Assembly (NCBI GenBank): GCA_036172245.1
Contig: JAYWIR010000068.1
Location: 186,001 to 250,000 of the forward strand
Origin: Raillietiella orientalis
Taxonomy: Eukaryota
DNA length: 64,000 nt
Reading direction: 5' to 3'
Shown: positions 37,880-50,700 of the stretch, in pieces
Position numbering within the stretch: position 1 is the first letter of the stretch
Layout of the letters: each line of letters begins with the position of its first letter
Made by a program: the position numbers and the translations under genes
Notes under the pieces: generated by a model
Database searches by the model: none
Seen by the model: the letters and a program-made list of their open reading frames with translations, nothing else
What the model was told of the DNA's origin: nothing

Positions 37880-38830
37880 TACGTTTTCGCTTATCACGTA
37901 TACTAATGTATAGATTCGTATGTATTATAAAGATTAAAAGATAAACATATATGCTTGTCGTATAAATTAATGCAGTATTTATATAAAGATTAATATAAGA
38001 AGTTATTTTAACATATGTATTTATTTACATTTGTTGGCATGCAGATCCTTGATGTAATTAATAATATGATTATTTATTAATATATATTTATACACAGATT
38101 AATATAAAAATGCACTTCAACATGCACAGATTCATATTTATTGACATGCATATTAATGATATGCATTCATATATTATAAAGATGTATGAAAGACTATGAA
38201 AAATAAATATATGTTCCTCATATATATCAATATATAGTTATGCATGCAATAAATGTATATGAAAGGAGTATATAAATATCGAATTATAAACACATATCAA
38301 ACGATGGCAATACCGAAAATCGAATGCACCATTTCCCGAGAGTTTCATCTATCGAACGTCGGAAATGACAGAAAAATGAATACCAAATTTCTCTTTTCTG
38401 CTTTTTTTTTACATTTGTATGCCTTTTTATTTTTTGCCAATATTTCAAAATAAAAAAAGAAAAATGTCCATATATTTATTTATTTGTTTATATATGCATG
38501 TTATATATATAAAGTAACTATATTTTTAGAGTATCAGAGATGTCCATTCAATATATGTTATATGTTATAAGTATATTTTAAATGAATATATGGATATATT
38601 TTTATCCTTATGTTTTTATTTTTGTTCTATATATGTATATAATAAACCAAAGTGCATATATTCATTCTAATATTAAAACCTATACACATATATAATAAAT
38701 ACATACATAATAGTTTTAGATATGTATAATAAACAAGCGTATTCATTTTTCTTACCTCATATAAATCTATATTAATATATATAATAAACACATATATTTA
38801 TTTTTTATGATCTTTGATATCATTCAGGAT
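37880..38830. repeat. Extremely AT-rich low-complexity island (degenerate TA/ATAT runs)
   Basis: Directly visible, with sharp borders against GC-rich flanks. Confidence 0.85.
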
Positions 38831-38899
38831 TTTGATCGGCAGTGGAGTTGAAGAGGAGCGACTTCGGAGCGAGCAAAGTGGCTGAGGAGAGCCTCTCAA

Positions 38900-39400
38900 A
38901 CTGTAAATTCGTTAAAAGAGATCCTCCACGGTAGCATAAGAACCGCAGATGCTCTCCGTCGGAAACGACAGAGCCGCACGGACCAGCGGGCGCCTTCGTG
39001 TTCGTGGCGCGTTCTCATGGGCACGTGTCGTCGTGGGGGGGAACGGACCTTGGGCCTTTTCGTTCCCACACGTACAACCGCGGAGGTCCCAGGGACACAG
39101 CATCTTCACGTGCCTCCCGATCCTCTTTCAGCAGATGCTGATCACGCATCCACTTGAGGAAGACGTTCGAGAATCGACGAGAAATGCAACGCGCCGCGGG
39201 CCCCGCGATGGGTCACCAACAGGGTGGACTCCGTCTGACCTTCCGGAACACACGCACCTGCGCACATTTCGTGTTCTGCAGGCTTTGCCCTTCCGTTCGA
39301 ACCTCCCGGCGGCCTTTGGCAAGACCGACGCGCAGGGCGTTGCTCTGAGCGGCGAGCGCGGACGCTGACCGAATGAAGAGCGGCTGCTGATCTTTCCCTC
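38900..39400 (-). mobile_element. Degenerate Gypsy-like integrase remnant
   Basis: Minus-strand EVRTEGQSLQNTK, SPPCW*PIAGP, NVFLKW and SLGPPRLYVWERKGPRSV follow the order of V..C..CQ..K, PW...D..GP, D.FSKW and G.P..IVSDNGPQF. Confidence 0.4.
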
Positions 39401-40930
39401 TCGGTCGCACACGTCAGAAGGTCTCCAATGCCAGAGCTTTTTCGGCTGGCGGATGCCACTTTGCTGTGCACGGAGGCTAAGAAGTTGGCTAAGAAGTGCC
39501 CCCCCCCTTCCCCCCCTCCTAGGATTGGGGTCGGTGCCGAAAGGACGCGCTCCTCGTGACACGCCGAAGGGGTGGTGTCAAGCGGTGCACACGAACGGAC
39601 TGCCCACTGTCCCCGGAAACCAGAGCCGTCCCACGTTGCGGAGGCGTGGGTAGCACGCCAGCTGCAGGAACCGGGGCTGCAGAACAGCGAGGTCCTCGCA
39701 GTCCCCTTGCTAAGGGGAGCTCTGGGAACGGAGAGTCTCCCGCGCCCAACGCGGAGTCCACAGGAAGCGACTCGGTGCCCCCAACTCGACCCCCACCGCC
39801 GAGCAGGCCATGAAAGTGGGCACCGGAGCGATTCCGCACCATTGCATCTTGCTTTTCATCTCAAATGGACCGGCCCTGGGGCGGTCCGCTGTCCGGTCGT
39901 CCGCCATCTGGTTTCAGCTTGCATTGTTGGGCGCCATGTTGATTGCGCACGCTGACGTCACGTCGCGAAGCCGCACTGGAGCGGTTCCATCCGTATTTAT
40001 TGATCTTTTTTTTTTTTTTTTTTTATTCAGAGTCCGCTCTTCCCTGATACTTCTGCCTGAAGAGCTCATCGTCGCGATGCAGGGCCGGATCACTTCCGGT
40101 CTGCATTCAGCAGGAAGCGCTTCTCCTTCCTCACCAGCTTGTTCGCTTCTTTGCACAGATTTTTCTTGTTACGTACGTGGACAAACCGTCCGGGAGAGAC
40201 CGGGAAGCTCCCAAGCAAGTCTGCCCTTCCACGCTGAGTTCGCTCACCTCAGGATGGTCCGAAGAAGGTCTCGAAACTTCTGCACTTGCAGAATGCGACC
40301 GTAGCACACGCTGCAGGGGCCTCGTCACTTTCAGGATTCCCCATCGACACCATTAGGTTACCGAATGCTATGTAAACAAACATTCCGTGGTGACCGGATA
40401 ATGCCCGCAGGGACGAACGTCTCTGCAGCTCTCTACGGCACCCCATGAACCCTACCTGAATCGAAGAAAACTACTACCACCCCCGAAATCTCTGTGAGGT
40501 TGTCGGTGTACTCTGCCCCACTCAAGACGACCCCGCACCCGACCAGCCCTTCAGGCGGCATGCAGACAGAAGTCCGCACCTAGGAGGAAATCGAAATGGT
40601 AGACGATTTCTCCCGAAAAAGGATGCACTGCTCAGATGCGCCTTCAACGAGGCGACTGGAAGGGATACCAAGCTCCGTTTTGCATCTTTTTTTTTTTGCT
40701 TCTTTGGAGGCAAACGCGATCGGCAGGTAGATCTGCTGATTTTCTGATTGTTATTTTAATGATTCGCCTTTGGCACTCTACAAACGATTCGGCGTTAGCG
40801 TCTTACTGACGGTGACGACGAGTCTGCCTCTAGCAAAGAGACAAGACAAGAGTGAGACAAGAGTGCTCCGATTTCAAGGATAGGGAGCTTCCTTCTAGCA
40901 AAGGAGGCACGCTTGGACTCATTATCAGCA

Positions 40931-42400
40931 CTTTGATTTAAATATAGTTCCGAACATTTTGGTCTGCCAATACATTGCAAATGTTTTGTGTATAATTTTA
41001 ATTAAGAACAGTTTCCTTTTTTTGAAAAAAAAAAAAAAAATCTGCTGCATACTGCTTTCTGAGGAAGATAGGTCTTTTTGAACTGGATTTCATCCATCGT
41101 TGCTACGTAGCGTTTGTGCTTTACTGCTGGTGGACGTTGGCCACCAGCAGTACAGCAACTGCACGCTGCAGCGTGGGAGAACTTCCTGAACGATTTCCGC
41201 AAGGGCGATCCGCCAGCGGCGCGCTTTGGCACTGATGACGAACAACGAATACGTGTAGGATTTATTTTGTGAGAAGGCACTGATTGTGCATGGAAGGAAA
41301 TAAACGAGCCGCGCCATTTAACGCAGCTTTTTGAGTCGATCCATGAACCGAACAGTTCCTTGCACTTCCGTTGATCTCTTGAAGTGCCTGACCTAATCTA
41401 CGGGTTAAGAATTGGCAACTGAAGCGATGCTTTCAACGGTTTCCACCCATCCAGAATGCAGATGTTCCCAGATGCCTGAATGCAGAAGAAATACTTGTTG
41501 CACTTTAATGGATTCTCTTTGACACATGCGTTCCAAGAACTTTGGTACTTTTTGGCCATGCTTTTCGTTGCAAGCTGTCTCACCTGCAGTCGCTACGAGA
41601 AACAGTCAAAAGCTAGAATGCGTCCAACGAAAGTTTTCTCACTGGGAAAACAAAAACTTCACCGACTAAGAAGAGCTAACTGAGAAAGAGAGAGACTTTT
41701 TTAGGGATGCGAAATGGCTAATGATGGCAGTTGAAAATGGAGCAGCTAAAAATCAGGGTCCCCAAATTAAAAAAGAAAAAGAAAAACAAAAATTAAAAAC
41801 CTTCCTCAATGCAAAAGATACTCATTTCCTTGGAGACGGTCAGAGCATTCTCATCTTAGGAAGTTCTGACGTGGCATCCTCACATCTATGTAAGTTGCCA
41901 TCCCCATGTATTTGGAAAATGGAAGTAAATTTTATTCGTATTTGCAGACAGTAACACAGGAATGCTCATGAAATGTTAATGGGATCAGCGTAAAAGAAAA
42001 AGTGAAGCATATTCCTTATGATTTCTCTCTGTATGTGTATTCTAAAAATGACAATGTTAGAGATAATTATATTTGTTTTTTGTTTTTAAAAAAGTACTTT
42101 GGTTTAAATATTGTTCCGAACAAATTTTGATCTGCCAATACATTGCAATGTTTTGTATATAAAGAAATTATACACCATGAGAGTTGAAAATGCCACGTAC
42201 TTTCGTACTGAATGTAAAGTATTCATTTAAAAAATCGTAGGTCTTTGAATACATTTAGCAAAATTTTTCTCTTTTTCACTACGAAGAATGATTTTGCTGG
42301 GAATGGCAAGTTTTTCTTGGAAAATTCAGTGCTCAGGGATTCCGGATAGAGTTACCGTAAGAGAACAGTTTCCTTTTTTGTTTGAAAAAAAAATTCTATT
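40931..42400 (+). repeat. Dispersed imperfect direct repeat (40931-41045 vs 42098-42162 plus 42362-42400)
   Basis: TTTG(A/G)TTTAAATAT(A/T)GTTCCGAACA..TTTTG(G/A)TCTGCCAATACATTGCAA(A)TGTTTTGT and AGAACAGTTTCCTTTTTT..GAAAAAAAA each occur twice. Confidence 0.8.
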
Positions 42401-45278
42401 AATACATGACTTGGGTTTCAAGTAACTCGAAGCAGAATTTTGCGTTCCCCACGAATCCATGGGGTCCACGACATGGATGGCAACACAGTCGTTAATCGAA
42501 TTTTCGAAAGCGTGGGGAGGGGGAGGCGTTGCATCAGTCGGGCGGAAAGCTGGAACTTCTTGGATGCCATGCATCGTCGTCGTGCCTTTTCCCTTTTTTG
42601 CGAGAAGTAGGAAACGTAGTAGGAAACGGTCGCCACGGCGAGCGCGTGCTTCCGGGGCATTTGGCGCGCTTCCGTGCGCGTCGCGCCTGGCAGCAGCGTG
42701 AGTTCCGCTGCTCGCCGCCGCAGTCGCTCCGCGTCGCGAAAGACGGGGTCGCGTTTACGGAAACTTGCTGTGGGGAGGAGGGAAAGAAAAGAGAGAGGAG
42801 AGAGGGAGGGAGAGAAGGAAAGCTCGGTGTGTGGAATTTCACCGAAGAATATTCTCAAGAAGTGAGCTGGTCTCATGGTGAGTAAAAAGATGCCTTCCTT
42901 GCCACGCGAAAGTTTCCCCCTTCCTGTGCTCGGGATGCGCCATGCGGGTTGCCATGGATGCGGGAGGCGTGCGGGGCTCGCCGCCCTGTCTGTTTGATTG
43001 CTTTGCCCGGTCCGGGCTTTCTCATCCCGACTTATCCGCATACGAATTTTTCCCTGAATTCGGTTTTCACGGCCGCGTTCGTCCCCCCCCCCCCCCCCCC
43101 CATCTCCCTTGTTTTTGCTCCCTTCGGCCAAATACTGTTCTCGGCTCTGCTGCCACCGGAACGGATGATGGTAGTGGTGGGTAGTGGTCCAGCATTCCGC
43201 TGTCAGTGCAGGAGCATTCTGTTGGCGGAATAAAAAAAAAAAAGAAAAAAAAGAGCCAATTTGTGAATTTGTTCAACGTCATTACCGCGTGCTCTTTTTT
43301 TTTTTTCTCTCTCTCCCTCGATTTTGCTACCAACTTTGTCGATTTTCTCCAAAATCCTGGGGTCTCACGGTTCGAAAATCGAGCGTTTTGGTTGCCACTT
43401 GCATTCCCGGGTTTGGTGGGGATAAGCAGATGGGAGCATGGGCATCATCACAAGTGACACACCACCACCCCAGGCGTTGTCTAGTCATTATGGACAGCAA
43501 TCGATTCGGTGGGCAAATCCGGTCATTCGAAGGCAGTGGGAACGGAAGCGGCGTCAGGGTTGCCAACACTTTGCAGGTTGTCTTGTTGACCGGGTTCGTT
43601 TCTGGCAAGAAAGGACTTGCTGAACGAGTGTTGGTATGCACGCGAATCAGCTGCAGTACCCATGGTTTCCGGAGGTGTCACCGTCATTTCTTGTCCGGCG
43701 GTCATGAATAATTCCATATTTTCATCGAATTAACAACGTGCGGCTCTGCTGATCCGTCTGAGGATGTGGCAACCATTGACGTCGTGTTTTTGCTGTCTTC
43801 ATGTTCTCAAGGAGAGTCGAAAAAAAAAAAAAAGAAAATTCCTACCAATGGAAAAATGCAAAAGCATTAAAGTCTTGGAATCCAGATCCGAGTTGCAAGG
43901 CAACTGAAGTGGTGACTACTGTACTTTCTTTGCATATTAGCTGTTACTGTTACTCCCATTACTATTGACCACCTGCTTTCGAGTTGTGTAGGGAGTCACG
44001 ATCAAAATCGGAATCCTAGTGACCAGCTATTGATCGTTTTCCTCAATAAAAAAAACCTCTGAAAAGATATCTTGTAAAAAAAAAATTGAAGCGAAGGACT
44101 CGAACAACCGCTGTTCTCTATTTTGCTTCATCGACGAAGTTGTATCAGCTTCTTTTTACAAAAATAGATAAAATAAAAGATCCCTTTCCTTCGTTTCGGA
44201 AGAAGTTTTTTATCCAAGACTCACTGCTTGCCGAACGGAAAAGTCGACTTTTCTGAAGGTCTTTGACGTTATTCTTTGGTCGATACATCACGTGATCACG
44301 GATCGCTCATCAAGGAATGGCTGCGGTTTCACAGAGTATCCGAAGAAGTTGGACACCCATCGCAACGGTTTCACAGATCTTGGTCTTTCACAGCACCAGG
44401 GAGACTTGGAGCTGAAGTGAGGCAGGAAAAGTGGCTGGGAGGACCCCGTGCGCTTTCGCAACGCAGAGTGCGGCGGCAAGACGGACGCGAGCGAATGCGG
44501 GCAGGGAGGACTTCGTGTCCACCCCTGGAATGGACATCGGTTTTCTTTGCCGCCTTCCTCAACGACCCGTTGTCTGGTGAGGATTAGTCGACTTTGAGAA
44601 CACGACGTGGTGCAAGAATGCGTGGGGTTTACCGATCGAGAGAGCTGTGTTCGCGTCCCCGGCTCTCAGGAAGACGGAAAACTTCCCCAAAAACTTCAGT
44701 GACCGCTTGAAGGTCCCCCCCCCTCCCCCATGGTCGAGGTTTTGCGAGTGCCATCGCAAAGTGCTCGTCGCCATTTCGCGTTGCGCCCTCAGCGTTTCTC
44801 ACGCAAGTGAGGAAGAGGTTGCGTGTCAAACGGTGACTGTCACCCGAAGCACCGTTCGCGATCCAGAGAAGGGATAACGAAGGCGTTTGCTTGCTGTTTA
44901 GGAGACGAGGATTGGTTTCCCGGGATTCAGGTGGCGTCGGGAGATGCAGCTGTCTTCCGTTAGATCTTTGGTCGACGCAGCGACGGTGCTCCCATGAGCG
45001 ACCCTGCGATTGTTTTTCCTTTCCTTTGCGGGTTCTGTCCGGCTGCATCATCCGCAGGAATGAAGCTCCAGAACATCTTGAACTGCAGACCCGTCCACGT
45101 GACGTGGATTACACACATTTGCATTCGTCACAGTCCGGTGGCTCTCGTGGCGTCCGCGGTTTCCGCGCCGCCGTTCTTCGTGGCAGGTGTCAAGAACCTT
45201 TCAGTCTAATCGAACCCTGTTCTTGTCTGTTTCACCAAAGATCTCTTGTGCTGAGCAGCAGCCGACTCGCACCTCCTC

Positions 45279-45686
45279 ATGCCTGACACGAAAAAAAAGA
45301 AGGGGAAGAAGGATGAGAGCAGCGAAGAGGACACAGACAGCGGGGGATACGACACCGAAAAATCCGAAAAGGAAAGCAAGGAAGGGAAAAAAAAGGCCGA
45401 CAAGGACGACGGAAAGAAGAAGGTTGACAAAGAGGAAGGAAACAAGTCAGATAGCGCAGCAGCTGAACCACAGAGTGAAGTGGTAGTCACCCTGGAAATC
45501 GATTGCATCCCGGAACTCAGCTGTTGCACTCTGAGGTTGATGTCTGTACCTGCCGACAGCGCTGAAGAGGATAAGAAGAAGGTCGCAAAGCCATCTGCTG
45601 GCGCGGCAGAAGAGCCGGAAGAAACCAAAAGCCAGCCCGAGGAGTCCGGCAGTTCCGAAAAAAACAAGAAGAAAAGGAAAGAATAG
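45279..45686 (+). CDS. Small Lys/Glu/Asp-rich low-complexity ORF of unknown function
   Basis: Open frame MPDTKKKKGKKDESSEEDTDSGGYDTEKSEKE...KKKRKE*, with strongly protein-like charged composition. Acceptor-like AGs lie at 45255-45261 and an AATAAA at ~45762. No family recognised; exon structure uncertain. Confidence 0.4.
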   Translation: MPDTKKKKGKKDESSEEDTDSGGYDTEKSEKESKEGKKKADKDDGKKKVDKEEGNKSDSAAAEPQSEVVVTLEIDCIPELSCCTLRLMSVPADSAEEDKKKVAKPSAGAAEEPEETKSQPEESGSSEKNKKKRKE

Positions 45687-46559
45687 GGAAAAACGCCAGA
45701 AACCTCAACAGGAGCGGTCCTTTCTTCTTTCGTTCTCCAGATTTCCAAATTTCCAACTTAAATAAATTTGGGGGAACCTGGGCATCGCAGAGTCACCAGC
45801 AGTCGTTTTCGTGAACGGGTTTCCGAAGTGGTCGCTGCTGTGCCTGCTTGGGGCCACTGCGGCCGGTAACGCGCTCGAACGACCTCAGCTGCCACCCCTT
45901 CCTTTTTCTTGCCTGAAGCTCCTCTCCTTTTTCCGAGAGCCCGGCAAACCTGTTTAAAAAGCCCGAACCCTGTTAAGAGAAAAATGGACACTTTTTTTTT
46001 TCTTCCGCTGATACAGACCTCGAAAATGTGCGTGCGCGCGAGATTGGCGGTCACCGTCCTATGCGCAGAGAAGCGCGCGTTTCGCTTGCCCCAGGCGTTC
46101 GTATCGGCAGCGATATCCTTCAGCTGCTGCTATGGTCCCGGAGTTGTGCGCCTCTGGAGCGAATACATCCGCGGGAAGGAGTCGGCGTGTTCGGGATCGC
46201 GTATGCAAAAACAGCTGGTATACCCCCTCGGGGTGAAGGGTATGGGGAGGGGAGAAGAGCGGCGTGAAAAGTAGCAGTGGGACCTCGCGGCAGGCTCGCC
46301 GGAAACGGACCCACTGCAGTGAGTGTTTGCTTCTCTCGGCCGCTGCGGTCGGTCAGCCTCGGCGGCGGATATCCGTGGTCGCATTTCAGCGCACACACGG
46401 AGCAGCGCGGATATGTGACGTCGGCATTGCTCGAAGGCACGGGTGCCCCCAAACGTCTGGCGACCCCATCCTGCTTACGTCTTCGATTTCTGTCTCTCGC
46501 TCCTCGGGAACAACTTCCCCCTCATTTCTGGATATCCCGTAGGATTCGCGTTGCCCTGG

Positions 46560-47000
46560 ACCAGGTTCGGATACTGCGCCTCTTTACTACTTTTTACCTC
46601 TTTTCCACTTCGACGTGAGAAGAGAGCATCCTTGCCGCCCAGAGATACCCGCCATCCTTCCCCCCGATGATCTTCCTAGGGAGTATTTATTGTACAGCGC
46701 CTCACGCGGTGGTGCTGTAAATCGGCCCGTCTCCCTTCACCCTTTCGCCCCCTGTTTGGGAAACCCAAGAGACGGGAATGGAGCCCGCCGCTCCACATGG
46801 CACGGACCGTAGGCGCGTCGTCCGCATCGCAGCGAACTCTTCGCCTTGCCGACTAAGCGGTCTCGAAGAACGTGTGCGGCAGTGGTTCCGGGTTTCGTCT
46901 GGGGCGGCCGGATTCATAGCCGCGACCCAGTATGCTTTCTCCATCGCCCGCTTCGTCCTCCCCTGCTGCCCATCTTCCAATTTCAACCCCCTCACGTAGG
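46560..47000 (-). mobile_element. Degenerate BEL/Pao-like integrase remnant
   Basis: Minus-strand MEKAYWV..., EFAAMRTTRL..PCGAAG and PIYSTTA*GAVQ*IL resemble the YWI, MA.LP..RV..PF..G and FTC..TRAVHLE motifs, in order. Confidence 0.33.
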
Positions 47001-47744
47001 TGTGAATTTCCGCGTCCTCCGTCGGTGAGCCCGGAAGGCAACCAGAGTGTACGGGCCGAAGTGCGGCTTTGCGGTTTAGCGCCGGCTCAGCGTTAGCATC
47101 TTTGGACCCCTGTGGCGCGGAAACAGCGATCTCCTCCTCGCGATCCTTGCTCTGGCTGAGGCCGTTGCCGGGTGACGCGTTTCTGCTCTGGTGGTTGTAG
47201 TAGGTCCGAGTGGTGTATTCGTCTCCGAGGCGGCGGGTCTTTTCCGGTAGGGGGTCCCTGTGGAACGACCCGACTTGTGCCTCTTGCAGGGTTGTCGCAG
47301 AGCAGTGTCGTGCGCATCACCCTGTGGCATATGTCGTCACGAGACACGAAAAAAGGACAATAGGGAAAGGGGAGGGGGGAATGCGTGTCACACGCTTTCC
47401 ATTTTTTCTTCTTCTTGGGGGGCACCTGCGTGTCTCGCTGCCGTGGGCGGTTCTTCCTTGCTCTAGCGAGCACGTTCATCCCCGCGTTGGATGTGCGCTC
47501 TGCCCACCCCATCTCGCTATTGACCCTTGACCACCGTTGTTTCATCCTCCGACGCTCTTTTTGTCCGGGATGATGGCGGCAGCGCGCTGATGCGCCACCT
47601 CCTAGCCTCCCCTCCTGCTCCCATCTTCCACGCGCCCGGCCTGCACTTTCTCCGCGCACCCTCCTTCGTCGCCCTCGCCTCTGTTGCCCTCCTGGCGGCA
47701 GCCGTCCCTGGTGTGACTCACGTGCTGCTTCTTTGTCTCCCCAG

Positions 47745-50700
47745 GACGACGCGAGGCAACTCCGTGAAGCGAAATTGCCAATCATCTTCGTGATCGGTAA
47801 GTCTTCAGATGCGGTCAGGGAGCGTGGCAGTGGCAACGCGCGTGCCCGACGGACGTACACGAGGAGGCGGGTCCGGTGGCCCTGGAGACTGCGACCCTAC
47901 CCGGGGTGCTCGCGCACAGAGGACCTCCGGCGATGATCGGCCCTTCTGTCTTCTGCGAAGCGGGAAGCCGCCCCCGCCGTCGACCAGTTCCGTGGCCGGA
48001 CTCGTTGCCTCCGGACTTGGAGGGCGCTCCGCGCGCTCCATGTGGACGACGACGGTGATGGCACCTCGCGCGCAGGGTGCGCGTCCCCCGCGCAGTTCCC
48101 CACGGCGGGAAAGGGCGTCCCCCGGTCAGACCGGGAAAGGGGGCGAACTCTCTTCCTCCACGTGCCACCGGCCGGCTCCAACACGAATTTTCAGCCATTT
48201 CTTCCGGCGCAACTGCATGCGGCGGCGCGCCGCGGAGCATCCAGCACGGGGCTGCCGCCGCCCGCGAGGTGGCTGTGCGTCCGCAGCTTGCCCGCGGAGG
48301 GCGAGCGGAAGCCCCTTCGTCGGCCGGTGCGGCGACCTCCCACCACCTTCCCGAGGGGTGTCCCTCCTTTCCACTTGCACGGAAGAGCACGAGTTTTGCC
48401 AGGAAGGAAGGAGGCCCGCCGGAGTGCGGCGGGGAGCCTTGCGACCTAGGAGGTGGGCCTCGGTGCCCCATCCCGCCCTTCTTGCAGCCGGTCTCACCAA
48501 GGGGAGGGGTGCGGTTTCCGTTCGCCCGGGAGTCGCTTCTTCACGGCTTCTTCCAGGCGGCCCCGGATGCGGGAAGGGAACGCAGTGCAACCTAATCGTG
48601 CAGAAGTACGGGTTCACCCACTTGTCCACCGGCGACATCCTTAGGAATGAAGTCGAGTCTGGGTCGGCTCGGGGGCAGCACCTGCAGTCCATCATGGAGA
48701 AGGGAGACCTGGTACCCCTGGTAAGTTCACGCGCAGCCGAGGGCGGTGCGCACCCTTGTTCCCGCGTGCCAGTGTTCCCGCACTCTAGCACACGTCACAC
48801 CTGTCCACCAATCAGAACACCCCCGAGGCTCTCCACCGAGGAGGGCAGAGAGCAAACCCCCGAGGGAATGTCATTCATCCACCCTGCCTGCTTTGCGGCG
48901 TCCGCGCCGTCGGTTCAGCCTCCCCGGCCCAGGAAGATCGCGCGGATGGCCCGTGGTCCACGATCCAGTCTTCCTCCCACGCGTAGCCCATTGTGACGCG
49001 CCGCGCCCACAAACCCTCGCTGGGCTTCTCTCATTGTCGTCGGCGAGTGCCGGACGCATCTGAGCTCACTGCCCCCCCCCCCTTCTCCCCCCGCCAGAGT
49101 GTGCAGGCCGGAGGACAAAACGGGATGAAGCACGGGAAAGACAACCCTCAAGAGCAATTTGAAACAGAAAACAGGAGGCGGGGGGGCACGTGAAACCACT
49201 CCCACCCCTGTGAAAGACTGCTGGTTCGGTGGTACGAACCAGCAGTCTTATCCAACAGCCTCTTGGTTTCTGGAGCAGATCGAATCGATTGCTTCTCCCG
49301 CACCGTGGCATGCACCAACATCTCCTTCCTCCTCTCCCCTTCCCCTTCCTACTTCTCTTCCTCCCTTCTCCCTTCCTCCTCCTCATCCTTTTCTCCTCTC
49401 TTCCTTCCTTCCTTACTTCCTCCTGTTGCTCCCCTCCTTCCTCCTCCCCCCTCCCCTCCTTCCTCTCTAGCGCACTGCACACATCGTCCACGTTGGCGGG
49501 GCAGCGTCTGCGCAGTGCTCAGGAGTGCCTGGGGCAGCTAGGGCTCCGCCCTGCACTGGCCACCAGCTGGTCTGCGACCGTCCTATCGTCCGCCCTCCGT
49601 TTCGCCCTTAGCCTCCAGTTGTACTCCCAGCTGCTTCTGTCGTCACTACCGCGGCGGGACAGGGCCGTCCTACAAGCAGCGAAGGGGTGGCTCAGCGCGG
49701 CGTGGCGCCCGCGCTCCGAGACGGCGCCGCCGCGCAGCTCTCCTCGGGAAGGTCGGGTCCAGATCACCCCCCGCACTTTCGCGCTGGGTGGTCGCCTGTG
49801 CACAGCGCTTTTCTGCATTCCGGCAGCATCTGTGTCTCCCGTTGCTCAGGAGGAGATCGTACAGCTGCTCAAAGAGGCGATGGTGAAGGCACTTAAGACG
49901 ACGAAGGGGTTCCTCATCGACGGCTACCCCAGGACCGTTGAGCAGGCGAAGCTCTTCGAAGAGACGGTGAGCGCCACCACGCCCTCCGGCCCGCGTGCGC
50001 ACGTGGCAGCGGTCCGTTGCAGATCTGCCCGTGCACCCTCATGATCTACTTCGACGCGTCCGACGCGACGATGACGGGGCGGCTGCTGAGAAGATCCTTG
50101 ACGTCCGGCAGAGTCGACGACAACGAGGAGACCATCAGAAAGCGACTGAAGACCTTCCACGACATCAGCAAGCCGGTCATCGAGCTGTGCAAAGACAGAT
50201 GCGTCAGCGTGAGTCCAAAGCTGCTTGCCCCCACCCCGTCAACCCCTCTTTCCGTTCCATCCTCTTCTTTTCACGTGCCTCCCCCGTCCCTCAGCAGCCC
50301 CTGTCAGAGAGCGGCTTGCGCGCATCGACCGGCAAAGTTTCGCGTCCACGTGCCGCGACCGCGGCATTGGTGATGCGGTCGCGCTTGAAGCCCGTCAAGT
50401 GCCAGCCAGCGCGCACCACTCCTCACCCCTCGGCCATTAGTGGCGCTCGAAGCGCAACCTTCTGTTCCGCAGGCAAAAAGCCCGACCGGGCCCCAAGTCA
50501 CAAGGCAGAGGCATTCAGGTGGATCCATCCGTGCGATGGACCATCTGCCTGCTGGACTTCCAGGTGGACCTTCGGACAGGGGGAGGGAGATGTGGTCCGC
50601 CGACCCCCGCGATGGCTCTCCCCTTCCCTCCCTGATAAAAGGGAAAAGCAGCGCAGCAGATCCATGGCCGGACAGAAGAGGAAGCCACCGTCGGACAAGG

